The notes under the pieces were generated by a model that worked only from the letters and a program-made list of their open reading frames with translations, searched no databases and was not told the DNA's origin. Shown one piece after another: positions 26,027 to 36,900 of a stretch of DNA of 64,000 nt. The DNA lies in the NCBI GenBank assembly GCA_047495785.1, contig JBLDXI010000002.1:1116001-1180000 (forward strand), read 5' to 3'. Origin of the DNA: Lepidodermella squamata (lineage: Eukaryota; Animalia; Gastrotricha). The stretch's first letter is position 1. Each line of letters starts with the position of its first letter. Made by a program: the position numbers and the translations under genes.

Positions 26027-26536
26027 ATGAGCGAATCTGTTTCTGGCGACCCAAGCGAAGGCGACCCGCCTCAGCAGAAGACTGAGATTGAGTTGTCTTT
26101 GGCTGGCACGGCAAATCTCATTGAAGACATCGATAAGCGTTTACTTGTTGTTCTACGCGACGGTCGGACCTTAATCGGCTATCTCCGAAGCGTCGACCAA
26201 TTTGCTAATTTAGTCCTTCACCAAGCTGTCGAACGGATCTACGTCGGGCAGAAATTTGGCGATATCGACCGTGGAATTTATATAATTCGTGGTGAAAACG
26301 TGGTCCTCCTCGGCGAAATGATGTCCCCTGAAGAAGTCGCAGCAGCCGAGGCGGAATCAGCGCAAAACGGCAAGAAGCCGAAGTTTGAAGAGGTGTCAGT
26401 CGCCGAAATTCTCGAACTGCAGCGTGTGGATCTCCAGCAACGAGCGCTTGCTGCGAACAATCGGAAACAGTTCCTCAAACAACACGGTCTCTATCAACCC
26501 TACGAGCATTACCACGAAGAATTCTTCGCAAACTGA
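26027..26536 (+). CDS. LSM1: U6 snRNA-associated Sm-like protein LSm1, intronless CDS
   Basis: GTANLIEDIDKRLLVVLRDGRTLIGYLRSVDQFANLVLHQAVERIYVG..GDIDRGIYIIRGENVVLLGE matches LSm1. Confidence 0.96.
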   Translation: MSESVSGDPSEGDPPQQKTEIELSLAGTANLIEDIDKRLLVVLRDGRTLIGYLRSVDQFANLVLHQAVERIYVGQKFGDIDRGIYIIRGENVVLLGEMMSPEEVAAAEAESAQNGKKPKFEEVSVAEILELQRVDLQQRALAANNRKQFLKQHGLYQPYEHYHEEFFAN

Positions 26537-26745
26537 GCTAGTCATCAAATTTATTCCATTGCCAATTGTGAATTGGGCGCTGAAAAAATATTTAAGGAGG
26601 ATTTTTTAATTAGCAATGGAAAATAATATTCCGGTGTAATATCTTCTTTGCAACTAAATCTATATCAAGTTTTTGTAGAATTATTTTCATCGATTGTGTT
26701 TCCTATATAGAGATTTTAATGAACGCATAGTGATTCGCTTCACAG

Positions 26746-29700
26746 ATGGCTTCGTCGTCCGCAGGCCTTTTCGGCTCAATTCTCTTCCCGCGATCCGGCT
26801 CACGACCATGGCACCTCTCGTTCGACACACCCTCGATTGAATCTGAATTCTTCAAGGCGGCCTTCCAACGGCGGCGGAAACTCTTCCAACAAGCCACGTT
26901 TCTACTCAGCGTAGTCTACGCGGCCTGGTTATCTTACATCGTCGCGAAAGGGTCGTCCCAGGAAATCGCGCACTGGAAACCGTACTCAGCGTTATTCGCC
27001 GTTGTCACAGTTTTCAGCATAGTGCTATTGATAATTTCGTTTCTACGCCGGTTTTTCAACCCGCGATTGTTGTTGGCCTACGGAATTTTCGTAGTCGTGC
27101 TATCATCGGCCGCGTTTATTATCCCACTCGCGACTGCATCTACCTCAGCACTGTCGCCTGTCGGCATTTTCTCGATCTACGCAATTACGGTGTTTCTATC
27201 GTACACCCTGTTATCGATACCCCTGGCGGTTTGCATCGGATTTTCACTGGCCCTGACCGGGGTGACTGAAATTTTGTTCATTGCCCTGTGGAATTTTACG
27301 AGGGCAGAACACATGGCGGCTCGAATTCTGGGCTATTTCGCCCTGCATGCCGTCGCTATCTTCTTCCACCTTTTGTACCAAGCCCGTCTGAGGACTAGTT
27401 TTTGGTACGTAGCTCAGTCTCTGTTGACCCGGCGAACGATGGAGGGCGAGAAAAGCTTGAAGCAGAAGATGATTTTGTCTATCATGCCGCAAGCGTTTGC
27501 CGAAAAGACGTTTTTGAATAAGAAGAAACGCGGCTCAGGGGCGGCCGGGCGTGACTCGAACCGGTCGAGCCAGGCCGGGGCGTTGGACCTGGGCGAAACC
27601 CTGGCGGCCGAGCAATCTATGAAAATCAAACGACCAGTCCGCGATTCGTCGGGCGACAACAGCGGGACCGGGTTCGGTCTCGAGGTTTTCCGCGACTTTC
27701 ACGTCGAAAAACTCGACGCTGTGTCGATTGTTTTCGCCGATATTTGCGGCTTCACGAAGATGAGCTCGAACAAACACGCCGCAGAGTTGGTGTTCCTCCT
27801 CGACGATCTGTTCGGCCGATTCGATCGAATTTGCGCCGTGTCCGGCTGCGATAAAATCTCAACCCTCGGCGATTGTTACTACTGCGTCAGCGGCTGCCCG
27901 ACCCCGCGTGTCGACCACGCCGCTTGCTGCGTTGAAACCGGCCTTGGCATGTGCAAGGCCATTCGTAAATTCGACGAAGACCACAAGGAGGAGGTCAACA
28001 TGCGAGTCGGTATCCACACTGGTTCGGTTCTGTGCGGTGTCGTCGGGTTGAAACGCTACAAATTCGACGTGTGGTCGAATGACGTGACCATGGCGAATGA
28101 AATGGAGTCGAGCGGCCAGCCGGGTCGTGTTCACATCTCGCACGACACTTACGAGCACGTTAAAGACGACTATGAACTGGAAGAAGGCCCGGAGATCGAC
28201 GATATTCGAAAGCCGAAAGAAATCGAGGAGTTTTACGACCCGCTCAAGAAGCGAATGGTAGTCGACGTTCGTGCGGTTGAGAAGTCAATCAAAACTTACT
28301 TCATCACCGGGCGGAAAAAGCCGTGCCGTTACCAGAAATTGACTGATGACGACGAAATTCCGGAGAACGCGAAAATTGCGGCTGAACCGGCGAAATCGCA
28401 TGACCATCATTCGAATCAGAACGCTGAGACGCCGTTGTTGAAGGAAAGCGCCAGCACTGCGGACGGCACGGCGAATACTACGCTGAATTTGCTGAGCAAA
28501 CGCACGGCTCTTTCAGCCAGCCAGGAGGGGCTGAATAAACCAGGCAGTGGCGCTGCTGCGTCTTCTGGCGATGAAAAACACGGCCAACATGCGAAAGGCA
28601 ACGATGAAAAATTGCTCGACGTTGTTCGCCAGGACATGCGCAAACCGAACAGCTTTACAAGGTTAGAATTTTTTTTGAAAAATCCGCCTTAAAAATTGGT
28701 GTTTCTCGGAAAGCTTGCCATTTTTTGCAATGAAAGAAAGAATTTTCCACCCAAATAAAAATCAAGATTTTTCTTGAATAAATTTTTGCACTGCATAGAG
28801 GTTTCAGAGCTTAATTTTCGGATTCTTCGATATTTCGGCTTTTTTATTAGTCGATACTGATGACCCTGGATTTTTTATTTGAATTACCTGGTCCTATCAG
28901 CTAGGCTGAAGAATTTTCAATTTCAATGTTTGATTCCAAGACTTCTGATATCGGAAAAATCACTGATTTTTAAAATCGATACTTGGAATCGATATCGGTC
29001 CTAGCTCGAAATTCTTACAATAGTGAGACCTATCGAATAGGCGTAAAACAAAAAATATTGAGGCTCTAGAGCATTAGGAAAATTTGAAAAAGGGTCTTCC
29101 TGTTACCGGAACCAAATTTACAGTGAGCGGAACCAAATTTGCTGTATCGGAACCAAATATGCTGTTAGCGGAACCAAATTTTAGAATTTTCTAGTGGCCT
29201 GAAATGGCTTTTCGGAAATTTATGGAATTGGCCCCAATAATTCTAGAAAATTCTCCAGTGAATTCAGCGCAACATTCTGTACAAGACGCAGTGTTCAATT
29301 CAGAATTCATGCTTGGCCTAAATTTCTTAGAAATATTCAAAAAATGACTCTTGGCCCATTTCGAGTTTGGTTCCGCAAAAAGCAAATTTGGTTCCGCTAC
29401 AGCAAATTTGGTTCCGCTCACTGTAAATTTGGTTCCGCTAAAAGATATTCCCTTTGAAAAATTGATGCGGGTGGTGGAGCCTCAAATTTAGTGCTGGAAT
29501 CTGAAGTTACGGGGGTTTAAATGTTAAAACAAAAAATTCCTCCTTAACAATACTGTTTCAAGTAAATGTGAATTAAATTCATTTCTGCGGATTTATGAAA
29601 ATGATTAGTAAAAAAATGACCAATTTTGTGACGAGCTTTTCGAGAAATGAGTTTTGCACGTCGCATTCTACACTCGGTCGATGATTCATCCAGCTGAGTG

Positions 29701-32301
29701 TATTTTTATTTCGTGCTAAATTACATGGTAAAACGCCAATACCAAAGTGGTCACGATTGATACTTCTGATCATTATTAGCACTGGTGTTACATTTCCCTG
29801 TTTTTTTTCTTATTTTAGACCACCTGTTGGCGTTATCTCGCTGCGATTCGGCGATCCGAGACTCGAAACTGACTACTGCTGCCACTCTGGCGACCCGCAA
29901 CCGTCCGAAGAAACAGTCACCGCTTCAACAGCCGGTGGCGCAAAGGCCAATCTGCAGCACCTGTCAAATACCGGCCCGTCGATTTTCGCGTCGTGGATTG
30001 TTTCGCTGATTTTCTCCGCTCTGATCCTAGCCGCGTGTTTCGCCGCGTTCCCGCTCTCGAAATTTTTCATCGCCGCCGCTTTGGTCAGTTTCATCCTGAT
30101 CGTACCGCTCTTCCTCGTACTGCCCGTTTTTTCAATGGTCGGAAAAGGCTGCGGACCATTCGCGCGCCGTTCATGGTTCCCGCGCCACGTAATTTTCATC
30201 ATTACCGCGAGTTTATTCGCGTTACTACCAGCTTTAATCACGCTCTTCGACTTCTCATGCGATGTTATTGGCCAGCAAGCGAGAGCCGCGGTTTACTTCA
30301 TCGTTTTAATGGTCGCCTTGATTCACTTCGCGTTATTCGCCCACGTGCCGTACTGGCTACGTGCCACCTTAAGCACGGCAGTTGTCATCACGATTTCGGT
30401 GCTGTTCGCCAAATTTCCATGCAACATCGCGAATATTCAACCGATTTCCGGCGCCCAGAATGGCACATCGCCGACTTTCCAAGCGATCACCGCCGTCGAA
30501 ACACCGGTCGATGCTGCTGACTCACCGATGGCGCAGGCCCTGCAGAAAATGAACGCAACCCTCCTCGCGCCGGGTCAGTTGTGGCTCGGCCCGACTGTTA
30601 TCATCTACTCAACGCCGAATCTGCTCTTCGTCGAGGCTGTCATCGCGCTGGCGAGTGTCGCCCTCATGGTTTGGCTGGTGGCTCGCGAGTCTGAGCTAGC
30701 CGCGCGCCTCGCCTGGTACTCAGCCATCGAAAACCGACTGACCACCTTCGCGGTTCGCCAGGAGCAAAAGGTGACCGACGGCCTTGTCGCCAACATTATC
30801 CCGCCGCATATTTCCGACAAATTCAACCAGCGCCAGGTGTTTTCTCAGCAACACGAAAACTGCGGCGTCATGTTTGCTTGCATCAAAAATTTCTCGGATC
30901 TATACGAGGAGGGGTTCAATAGTGGCGAGGGGTACCTGCGAGTTTTGAACGAGTTATTCGCCGATTTCGAGTCGCTGCTCGACAAGCCGCAGTTTAAAGA
31001 CGTCGAAAAAATCAAGACGATCGGACCGTGCCTGATGGCGGCCAGTGGGCTGGACAACACGCGGCGCGGCCAGAACAAGGACCCGAATGCGCACCTGTAC
31101 GCACTAATGGACTACTGTTTTGCGTTGATTAAGACGCTGAAGGACTTCAATCGCTCGATGCAGTCGTTCACGTTCAAGTTGTACATTGGTTTTAATGCTG
31201 GCGACCTGGTGTCTGGTGTCATCGGTTCGACGAAACTGCACTACGACATTTGGGGCGATACTGTCAACGTTGCGAGCCGCATGTATTCGACTGGTGAGAA
31301 ACTTATTTATTTCATATAAAATAAGAGTTTTTCAATTTTACGCTAATTTTCAGGGTTTTTTTTACTGAAATTGAGTAAAATAATTTGAAATTATAGCAGA
31401 GGGATGAAATGCAGCTACTGATTAATGTTTTGTTGAGGTTTTCTGCCCAAAAACAGAATTTGTGGTTGTTAACAAAGGAGGTCAAATTGTTGATCCTGCT
31501 TTTACTTATTTAGGTAACGAAAAGCTGGATGTTCGAAAAGCGGTGTCGGGGGCCCGTATTAAGTTATGCCGCAAAGCTTTCGGTGCTTGGAAGAAGTATA
31601 TTTTTGGTAATGAATAATTGATATTCGCGTAGAAATGAAATTTTATCGCGCCGATTCCTGAGGTACTTTAAAGATGAAAATCCCGAAACTTCAAATTCTA
31701 CCCAAGGGAAGAAAATACATTTCAAAACTGGCATTCTTAATAGATTTTCTACCATGTACCAGCGAGTTACGTCCTGAGACACCCCCATGCAAAAAAATCC
31801 GCCTTAAAACCCCAATTTTGACTCGGGTGTTAAGAATAGTAAGTTACAACATAATCGTATGAAAATCAGAAAAATTACAACTAAAATTAATATTGAATAT
31901 TTGTGGCGTCGTTATTAAGGATTAAGGGTTAATAAATCCAATCGTCAAATGGAGAGAAAGTCTCAATTTTCTAACAGCGATTTTTTAGGCTGTTCTGGGG
32001 CCTAGGCGGGTAAATTCAATAGCAGCAGTTGAAGTTATCTCATAGGTTGTTTCATTTTTTGTAATTATAATCGAAATTATTCTTTACTCAAATTATTTTC
32101 TTGTTTCTGCTATTTTTAAATCCGGATATGTTTGCTATTTTTCCAGGCAAGGATGGTCATATCCAAGTAAGCGAAGAAGTCGCCAACAAGCTGGGTGACG
32201 TTTACACGTTCGAGCGCCGTGGCACTGTGTTCGTGAAGGGCAAGGGCGATATGAACACGTTCTTCGCCGTCGACAAGAAGCCGGGAGCGACGTGGAACTG
32301 A
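26746..32301 (+). CDS. ADCY9: Membrane adenylyl cyclase, type 9-like (exons ~26746-28661, 29819-31292, 32147-32301)
   Basis: Two transmembrane clusters and two cyclase domains. C1 has [34 protein letters not shown] and [10 protein letters not shown]2 has VEKIKTIG and [18 protein letters not shown]. These carry type-9-specific features. Confidence 0.93.
29092..29452. mobile_element. Mutator/MuDR-type MITE with long TIRs built of ~20-bp subrepeats and a 9-bp TSD
   Basis: The element starts GGG and ends CCC. It has 4x CGGAACCAAA on the left and 4x TTTGGTTCCG on the right. TTTGAAAAA flanks it at 29083-29091 and 29453-29461. Confidence 0.85.
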
Positions 32302-33946
32302 CCGGAGTGAATGAATGATGAACTACACAAGTGCCAGCCTCAAAGATCTCACGAGTCGTTACAGAAAATCAACACTTTTTCGATGAAAGTAATAAAAATT
32401 GTACTTATTATCATAGCTCACGCTTACCTCTTGATATATAATGTATAAAAAATGTGTAAAATTTTCCGCCCGCTTGGCCGCTTTTTATTTGCATTATTTA
32501 CGGGTGTTTTGTTGTCTGTTCTATCGGGCGAAGGTGGAAAATGATCAACAGTAATAAAGACGAATCCTTGCCTCGTTGTATACGCTGGTTTTCAGACTTG
32601 CCACCACAGTCGAGTTATTATAATCTTTGGAACCTGAAGCACTGCCGAGAAATAGCCGTGTATTTCTATGTTATTGGTATATAGAATCTTAAATTAATTA
32701 TATTGATATTATATTGAGAGAATCACTGCCCGCTGTCATATTTCATGTAAAGTGTTTCAAATAATTTAACAGTCATGAGATGTGATCAAATATGCCGACT
32801 TTAACTATATACATTTAGAAATGCGATACAATTTGTGCGAAAAATATTTGTTTGACGGACTATTTTCTTGTTGGTTATATATATTTTTCTTACAATCCGT
32901 CCCTATTTTTGTGTCAGCCTTGAAGCAAGAAGAATAAAGCTAGATCACACTGAAATATCTTGACGATCCTTCCATCATTCGGCGTTACAAATATATTATT
33001 ATTTAGCTTACTATTTGATATATTACTTGATTTTTCGCAGCAAACTGTGAGCACAAGCTGAACCCGAGTTGATAAAAAATATATTATATATTAGTAAAGA
33101 ACTATATATTTCACATTGTTGTTAATTGGATGGAAATTTATGCTATTTGACGCAGACTGAAAAATTGATGTTGCTGTTGAGAGAACCGATTGCAAAATTT
33201 TTCATATTGTCGTGGGATAAATTTATAGTCGATCGAACTTTTTGCATGGAATTTTCGTCTCGTACACAACCGTAAATAGCCGCCATTCTTGTTATACTAT
33301 TATTATTATTATATACCATTTTGCCGACTTGACTTGAAACAAAGAAAAATAGATGAGCGGCTATCGTTTATAGTGCCGGAAAAATCGAGGAAATAAAAGT
33401 GAACATAACGCGAGAAAATGTGTGAGTTGTTTTTTACCGCGGCGCCACGGCAAACAAGCGATTTTAATAAAAAACACCGGCGCGATATTAAGGTGGTATT
33501 ATTAAAATAGCGCCTATTTTTCGGCTGCGCTTCAGACGCTATTTTTGATGTTGCTGCTGAGTATTAAGGCGGTGTGTGTTATTCGCACTTGCGGCTGCTG
33601 TTGCTGCTGCAGCGCTTCGATCGAATCGGGCCATTTGCTGCAATCATGATAACGCCGTGTTGAACTGAATGGTTTTATAATAAAAGGCAGGTCGAATTTA
33701 TGGCGTAGGCGTGTTCGAAATACAATATTATGATAATAAAGACCTGATTTATCCTCCTCCCACCTTGCAGGGCTAAAGCGGCGAGTTATTACGTGTGAAA
33801 AATAATAGCTTTATAAAAGTCAAAGTAATAGCGTTAGTAGTATATAACCGCCGGCGATTACTATATTGAATGCCCTGGGCCAGGTGTATTAATCATTATC
33901 GAAATTACTCAAAAGCCCAAAACCTGACAGATTATTAGACGAAAAT

Positions 33947-36900
33947 ATGGGGCCGAATTACCTTGTTCTCCTGCTGGGTAAATTTTACAAAAAAAATTAA
34001 CATTCACTATAATAAAGCAATTTTTTAGTCATCCTGTCGGCAATCTGCGATGCCAAAATTCGTTTAAAGCGCGAAAATCAGGACGATGTGGAAATTTTAG
34101 AGGAGGAGGAGGAAGACGACGACCAACCTGAACAATCTGCGTCAACCCCATTTAGCACAACCACCGGCGCACCGCCAGTTGTTAGAAAAATCTGGAATAT
34201 CGACATCGAATCGAAATTGGACGGTTTGAGCATCTCCGAGTCGCCATTTCGGCCTTATCACACCAAACCGAAAATTGTGGCTATTGATGGTGCGATTTTT
34301 TCAAGATTTTTTTACTGTGTTCCATAATCGTTGTTTTGTTCAGGACAAATTGTCGCATTTTTCTGCGCGTCAGCTTTTGAAGTCATTGCGATTGACGTCG
34401 AAGCTGGCTCAACTCTATGGCGCCGTTATTTAGAGTCAGGAAATCGCTCTTCATCATTTACAAATAAATGCCGAATCGGGTAAAATTATTATTTTTTTAA
34501 TTAACCTTGATTAACAATTCTTTTTAGATTCTGTGCTGGTGTCGATATTCACATTGACCTATCAAAAGTTAAAGCCGTGCCTAAAATCGGTAGACCAAAG
34601 TGCGACGTTCAGGTGTTCGCGATATCACCTGGTTCAGCTTTGTTCACCCTAGATGGAAGAACAGGACGAGATTGCCAAAATGCAGTGGTTCGCGCGAATA
34701 AATTTCAATTTAATTTTTAGCTAAATTAAAAAATGTCCTTAGAATCTTTTTACCGACACGCCGATTTCCATGTCGGAAGATGCGTCGCCATCAGCTGGTT
34801 ATGGTGTAACAATACCGCCTTTGATTGCCAAAGACTGGGTGGTAACCGCTATGGACACATCTCGAGCATGTAAGGCTTATTAAAGCGGTGATTTGAGTAA
34901 CAAAAATTTCATTTTTTCAGCCAACATTCGAGGTGGTTATATTGAAACCAGACTATTGGTAAGATGAAGTTATCCTTAAAAAATTATTTTATTTGAAAAC
35001 TTTGTGTTATACAGTCTAACACTTCGGTTATTGCACTTCGGAAAAGGTAGAGGAAAAAGCATCGATTTTTCAATTTCTCAATAAAATTGATGACCTAGAT
35101 ACGGAAGTGCGTTTAAAAGTCCTCTCGTTTACTCTGCTGAACTCGGTAGGTTGTTATGAATCAGCGATTATTCATCAATTTTTTACTCACGCGACAACTT
35201 TTCCACGTGCTTTAATTTTGCTTTGTGTAGATTTGATTTTCGCAATTGTCTCCCCGGCTAACTCGCCTTACGCTCCTTCAGCCGAAGACAGGTTTTCCTT
35301 CTGACTCCAACCTGATTTTTTTTAATTCCCACGCACATTTCTGTAGATTTGCAAATTCAGTTCTTGCGCTTCGGTTGCAAGATTTAACCGTTATTTGGAA
35401 TTATCGATTCCTTTACCACGATGATTTCGTCTTCGATTACCGCCATCCTCCAACTCTTGTCGAACTTGCCGACCCGGCTGGCCGGAAAACAACCTCACTT
35501 TTCATTGTAGGTTTTCAGTCCTAATAACTATCGAAACTTTAATTTCAACTTTTCAGTTGACGCCTTTCGGTAACATTTACTGGCTCGACGCAGCGACTGG
35601 GTACGAGCGGCATCAAGCTCATGTCAGGCCGCTGTACTTCGAGAAGGCAAATGAGGTCGACGAGAGGCGCGACAATTGGGTGCGCCTCAGTGGCGGCACT
35701 TTTGGCAACATTTTCAGCGACAACATTCCATCTGAAGAGACCAAATTCAGCGTAAAATTATAACTACGTTTTTAATTAGCCTCCTTAACAATTTTTTAAC
35801 AGAGATTCCCGAACTTGGAAATGCCGGACGAGGGAGTTGTAAGGCTGTCTCCTCCGGGCCTTGTTAACGGCAATTTGGTTATTGACGAAAACAGAAGGGT
35901 GGCCTATGTATCCTTTGTTCAGTCTTTATTTTGTAGGTTTTTACTAAAATTATTGTTTATTCTGATTATTCGATTTTCTATTTTTAGTTCTTGAACCACC
36001 TTCTAACGATGCGAATTCCGCTGGCGAGTGTTCAGCGAGTAGCAGTCACGTGACCGGGTGTCAACTCCCTAAACCGTTAGGCGTTGCACTTTGTCCGTTA
36101 AGCTGCGAGACGGGATTTATCGCGGCTTTAGAGGCCGGCTCGAATATGACCACCCCGGAGCAGATCAGCCTCGGCCATCAGTGGTGCGCTAATGTTTCAG
36201 AAAGCGGCGTCACTGCGATCCACCTTGACAACAGCTCAGTAGCTTGGTCATTTGCTATTACCCCAACACTGCTGCCTGATGGCCTCGTTCAGTAAGTTTA
36301 TTCCAAGTTTTTTAATTAATTAATTTTTTTTATTATTTTAAGGATACCGCAACTCCTCCATATTCGAGCATTTGACGTGCTTTTAGTGCCGCTCCTTTCA
36401 TCGATGCCGCAGCTAGGCGAAACAGTGTGGTTAGTCGATCCGTTCACGAGAGGTGAGTCATTTCTCCACAGATAATGTTCAGCAAAAAAATAACTTTATT
36501 GCGCGCACTGCAAAATTTTAAGGTAGACGTTTTTATATTTCAATAATCGCTAAATTTTATTCATTTATGTTGGCGCTTCAGACCTATTACCTTGGAATAG
36601 CAGGAATTTAAGGAATTGTACTAGTACAGTGTATTGTACTACAAGCCCATTACAGTGCGCGTACTTTGTTGTAATTTGTTATCATTGCGCGTGATTCATT
36701 GCGCTGCGCACGCGCCGTGTAAGGGGCGGAGCTTAGTCACACTATTGTTTGCACTACAACCGGGTCGATAATTACACGTGTGCATATGCAAATTTATAGC
36801 ATGGATGTGTCTTATCTCAGCCGAGAAAGGGGACCCGAAACTGAAGCGGAAAGAGTATCGCTTCTCGGCCTTTTTGGCTATGATCAAAGTGTAGTATCTT

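Noticed and set aside
29100-29445. CRISPR-like short repeats
   Set aside because: Eukaryotic context, inverted arms, no unique spacers and no cas genes. It is a MITE.
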